In this document: positions 25,669 to 37,095 of the stretch, piece by piece
Position numbering within the stretch: position 1 is the stretch's first letter
Layout of the letters: each line of letters begins with the position of its first letter
DNA from: a virus
Lineage: Duplodnaviria > Caudoviricetes
IMG/VR virus record: IMGVR_UViG_3300029305_003961
Location: 32,664-96,663 of that record
Length of the DNA: 64,000 bases
Strand: one strand, 5' to 3'
Made by a program: the position numbers and the translations under genes
The notes under the pieces: model-generated
Told to the model about the DNA's origin: nothing
The model's input: the letters and a program-made list of their open reading frames with translations, nothing else
Databases searched by the model: none

Positions 25669-26261
25669 TCTTTTTCACCATTATTAAACATTTCATTAAA
25701 TTCTTTAATAAAGGCTTCATTATCCTCGGGATTAAGCATAAACTTTTTATCATCTTCTCCGTTAATAACACTATACATTAAAGAAATGCCAGCAAATTCA
25801 TCATTTAAAATAATTTGATTGGCTCCTAAAAATTGTGTTTCACCAATTCCTGCCAAATGTTTTTTATCAATCATATAATCAATTTCAGCCGCAATTTTAT
25901 AGGGTCTTAATTGGAAGTCTTTTAAATGCCATTGGTCAAAATGACAAATAATATCAAAAGAAATAATATGGTCTCTAAACTCAGGATTGGTTGCGTTAGG
26001 AGTAAAATTATCGAAACTAATAATTACATAGTTCTCAACAGTTTTATCAATAACCAATTTGGGAACAATACGAATATTTTTACCAAATAACTCATAAGTC
26101 TAATCGGCAGTAAGTTTTGCTTTATCCAAAGCGTTCGGAGTAGTGTAATATAATAATTTTTTTAATCTGTCATTTTTGAGCATTAAATTAGTAATAATAC
26201 TTAAATCTTTTTCAATACTCAAAAAACTAGATTTAGGAAATTGATAATTTTCAATTTTCAT
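25647..26261 (-). CDS. Putative tail terminator/completion protein, 204 aa
   Basis: Track fragment 25653..26057 extends on both sides through TAG; ISFDIICHFDQW..LRPYKIA motif; AAGGAG SD. Confidence 0.6.
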
Positions 26262-26278
26262 AACTGTTCTCCTTTATC

Positions 26279-27325
26279 TCAAAAAAGTGATTTAACAGTA
26301 ATCTCCTTGGAAGTTTTTCCAAAAGATAAAGTAAATGTATCACTATAACTCGCAGTCCATATTAAATCAATAATATTATCGCTAATCTGTGCTTCTAGTG
26401 GCAAAGAAGCGTCATAACTCCATTCGCCATCTTCTGCACCGTCATAACGATATCTATAAGTTTTTCGTGGCCGCATTGTATTCTCACCAACGATAATATA
26501 ATCAACCTCGCTAGGAAGTTCAATCATAACTACGTCTTTAACAATACCTTGTTCTACATCATCAACCTATTCGTTTGAATAATATTCGTGAGCAGTAATT
26601 TCTAAAATACCAGGCATACTTATAGTATCAGTTGCTTCCACACGCCAGCAAATTTTATTAGTTTCCGCATCGGCACCGCGAATATAAAATTTAGCATATC
26701 TCTAAAAACGCTTTATAGTTTCATCATTTTTAGGCATTAAAATATTTAAAGTGTGATTAGGAATATCCATATTATAATTATCTTTAGTAATAGAGTTCAT
26801 CGCAGTTTCTACTGGACCGCGAATCGCAAACCAGGTATGGTGAATTTGTCCATATTCATCTTCCCAGTTTACCCAATAATTACATTTGCGTATATCTCCT
26901 TTAAAATATGCTAACTCTGTTAAATCTTGTAAATATATTAACCAATAGGAGGTGTCAACAGTGCCATCTTGTTTTTTACGATGCCACTAAATTACATCTC
27001 CGGGTTTATAATTATATTCATATCCAACAGACAGAATCTTATCATCATAATCTTGTTTTACGATATTGGCATTAATCAGCGCCCTCTGTCGTATTCTAGG
27101 ACAATTTACAGGAGAAATTTCTGCGGCTTGATATGAATTAAACACGGCTCGATCAAGCGTTTTTCGCTTGGCCTGAATCATTCTTTCTTGCTAACGATAG
27201 CCGCCTTCAGCGCGCAATAAAGTTGCTTGATTATCTACTCCTTCAGTCGCGCCAATATTTTGGTAGGGAGCCTTTTCATAAACACCCAAACGTGCTTCCA
27301 TTAATTTTTTATTATGAGTAATCAC
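26279..27325 (-). CDS. Putative head-closure/neck protein, 348 aa (TAG read-through)
   Basis: Fragments 26987..27181 and 26279..26527 are in frame; GTG start with AGGAG SD. Confidence 0.6.
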
Positions 27326-27620
27326 GACCGAACTCCTATAATAAACTAATGGCTTCAAAAACAGTTTTACGATACAGGGTAAAAGGAATATCTTCCATAG
27401 CCTTTAATCCCTCTAACTTACTTAATAAAGAAATTAGAACTGAATTAAGAATTAATACTTCTTGTAATCCGGTGATTTCAAGAATTACTGTATCTAACTG
27501 TTTTTGCCAATCTTCTTCATGCTCTTTCATTGGAATTAATTTCCAAAGTTGATTAGTTAATCTCATAACATTTTTTTGCATACCCTCTACCTCTGCAAAT
27601 CCATATTTAGTTAAGAGCAC
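27312..27620 (-). CDS. Hypothetical neck-region protein, 102 aa
   Basis: Track ORF extended through its terminal TAG to TAA at 27312. Confidence 0.6.
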
Positions 27621-28101
27621 TATTATCCCTCAATACTGACCAGTTAGATTCATACTTTCCGCCATCATCAAATCTGCGGCGCTTATATAAACGCTACATA
27701 TGATGGGATTGGCGTTGATTTTCAGCCAGTAAAGTTAATAGTTTTCCCAAGTGATTTGCTTGAGAGGTAAATTTAAAATCAGAACTACTAAATTTCATTC
27801 TGGTATTTTCGATAGAGGTAATTTGTCTTTGAGTCCAACTAATCATCATTAAAATAGCGAGGATATTTATTTCCTCGCTACTTAATTCTTCGGCAAAAGA
27901 AGAAGTATCTTCGAGCACGTTCTCTGCTTCTTCAATGCTATAATCCATAAGATTTTTTCGTGGAAATTCAAAGCCAGGAATAGCATCAATAAGCAAATTG
28001 CGCAAATCACGCATAGTGTCTTCTGGAGTTAACTCCATATACATATCGTCAGTAATTTTTCCAAGAAAGCGATTATAAACTTGAGTAAATGGTGTGCCCA
28101 T
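27607..28101 (-). CDS. Putative head-tail adaptor, 164 aa
   Basis: MGTPFTQVYNRFL...DFKFTSQANHL...HHM*RLYKRR; lies after the capsid genes. Confidence 0.6.
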
Positions 28102-28117
28102 AATCGCTCCTCCTTAC

Positions 28118-28681
28118 TTATTCTTCAATAATATTATATTTGCTTTCAGTTCTACGAACTTGAGTTTCTGCGTTTGTCTTCTGAACACGACGAGTGGTAG
28201 TAGAGGCTTCTACTGGAACTTCGTCCTCATCTGGCGCATTATTCTCAATAGCGGCTGTTACATTAAAACCAGTCATCTCAAGGATTGCCTGTCTCTTAAG
28301 CATATCGTAAATGGGCAGTTCGACTGCTTTATCCTTAATAATCTGAATAACTCCCTTAGGAGCAAAATCCAAAGCATCCTTTAATTCATCAAGAGAGCCT
28401 TGCTGTAGCATCTTAACTACATCTTCTTCACTCATAAAATATTCAGGTTCAGTGTGAATGTTTAAGTTTTTCGTGGCCTGAACTTCTTGAATTTGTAGCA
28501 TATTGGTCATTAAATTACGACCGCCGGGTCTATAACTTAACCAAACTAACTCCTCATAGGGAACCTGTTTAGTTTCATTAGCATTAAATTCTCTGCGAAT
28601 GCCATGCTCAGGAATACGGTATACAACACGTCCCGCACTTCTATTTTTAACATTCACAAGTTTCTTCATATCAAATTCCAT
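28118..28681 (-). CDS. Hypothetical protein downstream of major capsid gene
   Basis: ATG after AAGGAG SD (MEFDMKK...); no TAG. Confidence 0.7.
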   Translation of the reverse strand: MEFDMKKLVNVKNRSAGRVVYRIPEHGIRREFNANETKQVPYEELVWLSYRPGGRNLMTNMLQIQEVQATKNLNIHTEPEYFMSEEDVVKMLQQGSLDELKDALDFAPKGVIQIIKDKAVELPIYDMLKRQAILEMTGFNVTAAIENNAPDEDEVPVEASTTTRRVQKTNAETQVRRTESKYNIIEE

Positions 28682-28759
28682 AATAAATCTCCTTTTTCTC
28701 AAAAAAATAATAGGGGAGAGGGGAAATCCCCCGTCTCCCCTTAATATATATTATATTAA

Positions 28760-29800
28760 TTAAGCATTAGCCTCAATGTCTAAGCTGGAGTCGAAATAGT
28801 GGCAAACGCTGTTGTTCAGCATAGCAACTACGCCAACCTTCTTATAAACCTGGATATCGCGGCTCCAATCGTCGTTCTCATGCTCTTTCATTAGAGTCTC
28901 GCCTTCCATTGCTACGTAGATAGGAGTACCGTTAGCACCAGTAGCAATAACCCAGCAGTGAGCAGGATTTACAACTTTTTGGCTGTTGGTTTCATCAACG
29001 AAACTCTGCTCTAGGATAACTACGCGGGTGCCCTTGTAGTTACCTAACCAACCATTGTTCCAAATCTTCTCTTTCATTCCCTCGGTTAAATAACCTTCAG
29101 CAGGAATCATACGAACAGCAAATTCACGAGTGCAATATACAACAGGAGTGCCGTAAGCAGCAGCAATCTGAATTAAACGGTCCATTTCATCGGGATCCCA
29201 ACCATCGATAGCAACACGGTTAGCGGCAGGCAGCTGGTTAACAGCACCTTCCATAGCCTTTACTACTTCTTCCTGGATTGCCTCATCAATGCCTTCCAGA
29301 ACGATGTTTAGGACTTCAGCCATATCAATACGGCCATCTAGGAATTCTTCAAAACCGATTTGAGCAGCTCCGCCCAGTGCGCTAGTGGGTACCTGGAAGC
29401 TTTCAGTTTTCTTGCCTAGCTTGAAAACTTCATAGCGGCCAGCCAGACCAACGCGAGTGATGAACTGCTTAGCACGACGATTATTGGTACGATTACGCTT
29501 GAATTCAGGCTTGTCGCCCTGAGCGAATACCTTTACAGTAGCCAGACCAGCATAGCGGTCAGCAACACTCTTAGGAAGAACGTCATCTAAAACTTCTTCC
29601 ATAATAGAGAAAATTAAGTTCTTGTTCTCACGATATAGGGAGTGAGTAGAAGCTAAAGCGTTCAACTCGTCACGCAGAGTTTCATTAACAGCGCTGTAAG
29701 TCAGGCTAGCGCCATTGAAACTATAAGCGGTAGGAGCAGAAGGATTAGCAGTCATAGCAATTTTACCTAATTGCACTAAATCTTGTTTATTTAAAGCCAT
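28760..29800 (-). CDS. Major capsid protein
   Basis: 346 aa; order protease-decoration-capsid; strong SD; followed by a terminator at ~28711-28742; no TAG. Confidence 0.85.
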   Translation of the reverse strand: MALNKQDLVQLGKIAMTANPSAPTAYSFNGASLTYSAVNETLRDELNALASTHSLYRENKNLIFSIMEEVLDDVLPKSVADRYAGLATVKVFAQGDKPEFKRNRTNNRRAKQFITRVGLAGRYEVFKLGKKTESFQVPTSALGGAAQIGFEEFLDGRIDMAEVLNIVLEGIDEAIQEEVVKAMEGAVNQLPAANRVAIDGWDPDEMDRLIQIAAAYGTPVVYCTREFAVRMIPAEGYLTEGMKEKIWNNGWLGNYKGTRVVILEQSFVDETNSQKVVNPAHCWVIATGANGTPIYVAMEGETLMKEHENDDWSRDIQVYKKVGVVAMLNNSVCHYFDSSLDIEANA

Positions 29801-29818
29801 TGTTCTTCTCTCCTTTCA

Positions 29819-30508
29819 TTAAGCGATACGCATAATCTTTACGCCCTTCTGATAGTCGGGCATAGTATAAACTTTAACGACCTGCCACTGCATCTTGGCA
29901 TCTTCGCCAACCTCTAGAATACCATTAGCACCAACCTTTAATAGGTCACCAACTTCTAGAGACTCAGCATTAACGCAGTTAGTGGTGAAAATATCACCAA
30001 CCATAGTCTTAAATACACGAGGAACCATAGTGGTGTCTTCGGGCATTAAAGCAACTTCATTCTGAGAATAAATGCGGAAGGGGTCAGCAACAGCGTCTAA
30101 AGAATAAGGGTCAGCAGGAGCAACGATGTCGCGATAGTCGCGAGCATATAGATAATTGCCTTCCTCATCCTTTAATTCACTTAATTCACCCTTGCTGGGA
30201 CTATAAACGCGAGCCTTGTAATTGCCCTTCACCATAGCAAATTCGCAATCATCCTGGCCGTCACGATATAGTTTGATTTCATTGAAAACTAGCATCCATT
30301 CGCCCTTGCCTTCAAAATTGACAAGGCCTTTTTCATAGTCGTATTTAACGAACTGACCATTTTCTAAAACGTCAATGTCAGCAGCCGCAGGTAATTGAGC
30401 ATAAATCTGGCCATTGCGTTGAGCAGAAAGATGGTTAGGCTCAACCTGAGCATAGCCATAATCAACATAGGTGGCTTGGCTCAAGCCTTCTAAAAATGTT
30501 TTAGCCAT
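29819..30508 (-). CDS. Capsid decoration/stabilising protein
   Basis: YAQVEPNHLSAQRNGQIYAQLP...TMPDYQKGVK; lies between scaffold and capsid genes. Confidence 0.7.
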   Translation of the reverse strand: MAKTFLEGLSQATYVDYGYAQVEPNHLSAQRNGQIYAQLPAAADIDVLENGQFVKYDYEKGLVNFEGKGEWMLVFNEIKLYRDGQDDCEFAMVKGNYKARVYSPSKGELSELKDEEGNYLYARDYRDIVAPADPYSLDAVADPFRIYSQNEVALMPEDTTMVPRVFKTMVGDIFTTNCVNAESLEVGDLLKVGANGILEVGEDAKMQWQVVKVYTMPDYQKGVKIMRIA

Positions 30509-30532
30509 TTTCTATATCCTCCTTAAAAATTA

Positions 30533-32095
30533 TTACATAGTTTTCTGCTTGTCAAGCACAGCTTTAATCCAAGCAGGCATAGATTCATCTCCAGCGGTTT
30601 GATCTAAATTATAAGTGACCGTACTAGCAGGAGTTTCCTCTTCTTCTGAAGCAAAACTAATTTTATTGCGGAACGCAATAACAGAAAGTTTTGATTCAAT
30701 ATCATCAAGAGAATAAGTATCAATGTTATCTAAAACGTCTTTCTTGTCTTCAGGAGATAACATATAGAAGGTTTCGTTAATCATAACCTCTTTTTCTTTT
30801 CTCTCAATCGCCATTTTAAAAGCAGTTAATTCATTAATCTGCATTTCTAAATTTGCCTTATCGGCTTCCCAAGTGGTCTTAGCGGCCTCTAAGGTAGCGT
30901 TTTCGGCCTACAAACTTTCATAGTTTGCTTGTAAAGCAGAATAAGTCTGGGAAAGTTCCATATATTCTGGAATTTCTTCCAAAACATATTTATCTTTCTT
31001 GTCCTCATCCTCTTCTTCACATTCACATTCATCAAGTGGCTTACCACACTTAGGACAAACTTCCTTATCTTCTTCTTCCTTTTCAGGCTTTTTACTAGCG
31101 GCATATTCTGCCACATAGTTATTATAAGCCTCTAAAGAAAATTGAGGTTCAGCGGCAGGAACAAATTCCTTGCTAACTTCAATCAATTCCTCAGAAGCAC
31201 TAAAGCCCTCTTCAGTAAGAGTAAAGTTCAAGCGGAAATAATCCATAGTGGTACGATGTTGAAGAATAGCGAATTTTTGACCTTCTTCCTCATAGATGCC
31301 TTCAATACGATAGACAGTACAATATTCGCACTCCTCATCAGCGTAATTCGCAATAAGGTAATCGTATAAAGCGGTCCATAAGGAATCGCCAATTTCTACT
31401 GCGTAAGTAGTAAACACAGGCGCTCCTCCTTCATTTAGAATTTCTTTAACTTCTTTCATCATAGAAAATAGTTTTTGTTCAAAACTATCTTCGAATGAAA
31501 ATTGAACTTTAGTGATTTGTGAGCCCTCAAAACAAGGTTCACAATCTTCTCCTAAAATGCAAAGTTTCGAGATAATTGCCTCATTTATAATAAAAAACTG
31601 GGGCTTTCCATTATCGTCTTTTGTCCAATACGCATCAATCAAATTTTCATCTAATTCCATAGATTGGTTATTTCCACTTTCTAAGATACGCTTAGCCTCT
31701 GGATACTGTCCAGTCCATAACCAACCTTCAGTCATTAGGTACTCATGAACAACACCTTCATCATCGAACTCTTGGAACCAGCACTTGGCGCCAAGGTCCA
31801 CAAAGCCATAAGGCCTTGTGGTATCTTTGACTTCAAACTTTCCATTTGAAATATCAATAATGCGATTGTGCTCTTCAAAATCGCCCTTGTCTTCATTATA
31901 ATATCCAACAATGGGAGAGCCTGGAAGAGAGTTTGCCATTTCACGCGCCACTTCTTTAGTAATAACACTACGATTGCGGTTGGGCTAATCACCCACATAG
32001 CAAACTTTAATCTAACATTTTGAGATTAAAGGATTTACAGGAGTAATATTGATTAATTCGCAAGGAGTATCCAATTTAACACTTAAATGTTTCAT
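30533..32095 (-). CDS. Prohead protease / scaffold fusion, 520 aa (3 TAG)
   Basis: KC*IKVCYVGD*PNRNRS, NNQSMEL and LCILGEDCEPCFEG protease motifs, then an acidic coiled-coil scaffold. Confidence 0.8.
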
Positions 32096-32107
32096 TTAAA
32101 ATCCTCC

Positions 32108-33700
32108 TTATCCCATAGACTCTTTATTGGCTATGGTTTTTTCGCTCTTTTGGTCATCAGGTTTCTCTGGTCGCCCAGGTTCTCCTGCTTCTGTATTACT
32201 TTGAGATTTAGAATTTACTTCTTTATCTTTGTTGCCCAAAATATCTTCCGCATTTAATGTAGAAGACATTAAAGGAGGCAGCATAATTTCGCTTAAGTGT
32301 AAAATCTCATTTTCAAAATAAGCAGTATTAATAATAGAACTCTAAGAATGACCTAAAGCAATTTGTGGAAGCATTTTAGAATATCCAATTTGTACTTGTT
32401 CTTTATATAACTTTGATAATTCTTTATAATTATACTAAGTAGTTTCTAACATATATAATCTATAATTACATTTCTTTTTATTCTTACTCTACTTCTATGT
32501 TATTGTATCAAAAAATATTTGGAATTGCAACAACAGGCTCCTTATAGAGCCCTCATCATTTAGAATTGATTTCTCCAAAGAAAGATTTCCATCAGTATTA
32601 AACAAGTTTTTAGAAGAACCCATTGCGTTATATACCGCTCTTTCCATTTTTTCCAAATCATCAGTAGAAGTTGCGGTATTTTTATCTGACATATCAATAG
32701 AATCAACATCGGTAAAAGTAGTTAGAACATCAACGCCAATAGCATTGCGCAACATAGCAACTGCATTATTATGTATATCTTTTGCTTCATCTACATCAAA
32801 AATTAAATCGCCATTTTTATCTAAGGGTAATTTTTGAATAATGATTTTTAACAATTTCTACATTTGCTTACGACGGTCTAACTCTTGTGCCGCATCCAAA
32901 TCAAGTATTGCGGGACACATATTAACGAACATTGGGATATCATTGTTATTAAAGTTAAACTTAATAACACTGCCGGGTTCTAATAAATACCAACCAGTTT
33001 GATAGTATTTACCCAAAAATCCTTCATTTTCATTCTTTAGTTTACCTTGTCTATATAAAATATAGCCTTTGGAAAACTCTGCGGGGAACATTTTTAAAAC
33101 CTTTAAACGGTAATTAACATCGGGGAATTTATCATCAAAGAATCTCATATTAAATTCAACTGCGGGCATATTACCAACCGAATAACGAGTTCGGCAATAA
33201 GCGGCAGGAAGTTGCTACAGCACCAGACCGCTTGAACTTTCAGTAATATATCCATAATATGCGCCAGACTTAATAACCTCTAGAGCAATATCGCCGCAAA
33301 TCTTTTTAATATATGAATTATCTAAATAGTTTAGAATACGAGAAAATTCTTCTACAACTTTTTCTTCTTTCATTTTTTCGTCATAGATTTCAGGCACAAT
33401 ATACCAGTCATAACGATACATAGTAGCAAAATAATTACAGGCACGCTGATAAATACCAGAGGTACGATAAAAATAATTGGAAATTTCTCGTAATTTATCC
33501 ACATCCTAATTTGCCAACGCCTATAGAATTATGCGTTTATCGCCATAGTTTCTATTAGCGGCCGCCAAAGAGCCAAGACTCAAAGTGGCATCATTTAAAG
33601 TTTTTACTCCAACTTTAATCTTGCCATAAGAAGTAACGCCTGAATCGGTCATATTAAAACCTTTTTCTCGAATTTCTTCCTAACGATTTTTTTCTTCCAA
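32108..33700 (-). CDS. Portal protein, 530 aa (TAG read-through)
   Basis: Three in-frame fragments; TTG start with AGGAGG SD; C-terminal GRPEK motif; lies between terminase and protease. Confidence 0.8.
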
Positions 33701-33714
33701 TTCCCTACACCTCC

Positions 33715-34071
33715 TTAATATCCAGCCTTCTCCATTATATAATCGTAAGAAATTAAATTTTCTTCGGTATATGGAATTTCAATTAGTTTAAAATCGTGGA
33801 GGGCACAAAAGCGTCTTTTCAGATTATCATTATACTGCTATTGGAAAAAACCCTTTTTACCACCAAATTTTGAACTTGGTTCATAGTGCTATTTTCCTTG
33901 ATATTCAATCATAAAATCTATTTTACCATCATCATCAAAAACAACAAAATCAAAGCGCAATGGCCGTCCGTTGGGCGAACGCAAATCTGGAAAAATATAT
34001 TCCATTTTAAAGGTTAAACCTGCCTCGCGCAAAATATCTTCAATTTTTATTTCTCCATAAGAAGCACGCAT
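33715..34071 (-). CDS. PD-(D/E)xK (Vsr/DUF559-like) endonuclease, 118 aa, 2 TAG
   Basis: SYGE..I...LRFDF...IEYQGK*HY...D..K..FC...LIEIPY. Confidence 0.8.
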
Positions 34072-34086
34072 TTATATCCTCCTTTC

Positions 34087-35829
34087 TTAATTTAAAAACT
34101 ACCAATCTTTAGCACAGAACTTTTTCTTTTTTCTTTTTTTATCTTCTTCTTGCTTAATATAGTATAAACCATATTCAAATGAAGAGAATTTATCTTTCTT
34201 GATGCCTTTATTGGCTTGTCGGAGAATGATATTAACACCCTCATTTTCTTCTCGAAGGTTTAGCATCTCCTCTTTTAATATGGAAGTTAGAGTAAACGGA
34301 TATAAGTAATCTGCCCTTTGTTCAGGTTTCATATTCTATCCAACTTTTGTATTTAGTAATTTTTGTTTAGCAATACGCTCATCGATTAAAAATTGAACTC
34401 TTCCAGAATTCATTTGAGACTGTGCGTTTGCGTGCGCTTCTGTGTTAATTGGCGCGTTAGCCTTAATTAAATACATTGCATCGTGTTCAGTAATATTTGT
34501 TTTATATTTTTTATAATACCCTTCATCATCGTTATAAACGCCAAAATCAGGATAAGTATCTCCAGTAAGTGGATCAACTTGTGATTTAACCATAAAGTCA
34601 ACTAATCCAATACCAAGTCCATTTGCGTCGATAACTAAACGCCGGGCCTTATATTTATAATACAATTTTTTAAGCCTTAAGGCTTGATCGCCAAAGTGCT
34701 CATCAGAAAAAGTATACATATTTACTAGAGATTTCACAGCGCCACCCACTGATTGCGGAGTTACTTTAAATACACATACGACAGAGTCGCAACCTTTTCG
34801 ACCAACGTCGACAGAAAGCACATAATAACTTAATGCGCTAGACCGACCAGAGTGTTCGTACTCTGGCTTCTGGAGTCTACGATGTCTATCAAAAACCTCT
34901 CCGTCAAAGAAAGCATCCGCGACTGTACCTGACCATTTTGATTCATATTCTCGATCAAAAGAGGCTTCATTAAAAGTACCATCTCGTTTTAAATCCTATA
35001 AGAATGTTTTATCCAATAGTTTCATCATAACGGGAACACGCCAAGTTCCACCCATTATAAACGCTTTTTCGGGTTCAGAGACCATACGTACCAATAGTTG
35101 AATTAACTTATCATAGGCAAAGGTACCCTTCCAACCGGCGGTAGTAACAAATATCTAACTCTTATTTAGTGTTTCGTCGGGTTGCGTTGAACCGTCCATA
35201 CATAGTCGTGAAACGTTCATAGTAGGAATAATGACTTCATTAAGAATAGTTCCATCAACGCCAACGCATTCCTCTACAAGGCCGCCGTGGCGACGCTTAC
35301 CTCTAGATTTTTCACTAGCGGCAATATTATCAAAATAAGAACCATTTTTAAACATAAAAATACAATAGTCTTTTGACTATCGCGTTTTGCCCGGCCGCAA
35401 ATCTAATTCTCTTTCCAAGGCCGGGACAAGAGTACAGAGTTCATTAACTTTTTCTTTAACAATGCCGGCTGCCTGCTCTTTACCACCAGAAGTAACGAAT
35501 AACTTTGAACGTGGATATAGGATACAGCGGCACATTAAAACTAATACCGATAAAAAAGATTTTGAATAAGCACGAGGGAACACCATATAAACATATCTAT
35601 ATCGCATTGCCGCTCGTAAAAAAACTCGTTGATAGAAGAAAAAGCGCAAACCGTTTTCAGGAATTTTACCATCCATACCGGTTTGTAAAAAATCAATAAA
35701 CATATCAGGGTATTCGCGCCAATAGGCTATATATTGGCGCAGAACGGGTTTAATTGCTTCAACACGCTCTTCAGAAATACCCACCTTTTTTCTATTGCTT
35801 GATACCTGTAATAAATCTTGGAGAGCCAT
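34087..35829 (-). CDS. terL: Terminase large subunit, 580 aa (TAG read-through)
   Basis: Four in-frame fragments; PRAYSKSF P-loop variant, RGKRRHGGLVEE, FDREYES.W and SVDVGR nuclease motifs. Confidence 0.85.
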
Positions 35830-37049
35830 TAATCATCATCCTCTCCAAGAAGTTCTCTGAGAAACTCATCATCATCTATTTCTGCCTGTTCTTCCATATC
35901 TCGCAGTGCCGCAAAATCTTCGTCGGCTAAGATTGATTCTTCACCCTCGCCGAACAAAGAGGCGTCGAAGGAATCTTCATCGCTAGCCGCTTCAGCAGTC
36001 ATATCGGCCTCTTTTTCTTTATCAATTTGAATTTGTTTAATTGCGCTCTCAATCAAGTTGCCCAGATTCATTTCTTCCATAACTAAACTTCTAGTATAGT
36101 TTTGAAGGTCTTGTAAAGTTCTATCAACTTTATCTTGAGGACCATCGGTGTAATATCGTGGAATAAATCCGTCTTTTTCGCATAACGCAACTAGTTCAGA
36201 GATTGAGTCTACGTATTCACCAGTTGCGGCTTTGTTTTGAGCGGCGGTAAACTTACCTGATTTCATTAAGGTATCATATACCTTACTCATTTTTTGATAA
36301 CCTTCAATATCACCCATATCTATTAATTGATTGGCTTTTAAAGAAGTTTTACAAATTAATTTAAGGGTATCTTTATGACCAGCCGTTTGAATATCATAAG
36401 ACTCCATCATTTCATTATATAGATTTTCTAATTCAATCCATTCATCTGGTTTATAGGCTTTACCCCATTTTAATCGAAGATATAATTTATCTTCTTCGGT
36501 TAATTCTGCTACTAAACTGTCAGTTGCGCCATCGTCAAAATAATCTTCAATTTGAGTGATTTCTATTTCATCTTTACCAATCGTTTCAGCGGGCGGAGCC
36601 GCAACTTCTTCGGGAAGGGTAAAGGTGGCCTTGTTAATTGCTTCCGCAATTTCAACGGCGCTATAGCCTTGACGCTTCATAGTAGTCTCAATTTTGTTAT
36701 TAGCCATCTCTTGGAGATGTTCATTATCAGCCCATCTAAAATCTCTAAATTGCTTTAGTTTCATTTTAGATAAGTAGCGTCCTAAAATGGTCATACCGGT
36801 TAATTTACTACGGTCTTTTCCATAGGATGCCAATAATTTATTCCATTCTTCAGGAATATAAGGCACATCAATTTCTTGTAATATCCATAAATAAGTATCA
36901 GGATTCCAGTTATCAACGTGTAAGGTCATACATCTTTTACATAATTTTACCTTACCTTCTGGATACTTTTCTAAATTGTTGGATAAATAGAAGTTTTCTG
37001 CGCTCTTCGTGGTATTACAACTTTCACAATAAAATTTATCATCTGCCAT
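35829..37049 (-). CDS. Candidate terminase small subunit (N-terminal Cys4 zinc finger), 406 aa
   Basis: Abuts terL; CESC...CKRC, LKWG motif, acidic tail; no TAG. Confidence 0.55.
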   Translation of the reverse strand: MADDKFYCESCNTTKSAENFYLSNNLEKYPEGKVKLCKRCMTLHVDNWNPDTYLWILQEIDVPYIPEEWNKLLASYGKDRSKLTGMTILGRYLSKMKLKQFRDFRWADNEHLQEMANNKIETTMKRQGYSAVEIAEAINKATFTLPEEVAAPPAETIGKDEIEITQIEDYFDDGATDSLVAELTEEDKLYLRLKWGKAYKPDEWIELENLYNEMMESYDIQTAGHKDTLKLICKTSLKANQLIDMGDIEGYQKMSKVYDTLMKSGKFTAAQNKAATGEYVDSISELVALCEKDGFIPRYYTDGPQDKVDRTLQDLQNYTRSLVMEEMNLGNLIESAIKQIQIDKEKEADMTAEAASDEDSFDASLFGEGEESILADEDFAALRDMEEQAEIDDDEFLRELLGEDDD

Positions 37050-37095
37050 AATATAATTCTCCTTTCAATAGTCTATAAAGTGGCTTTTTCAAGAA

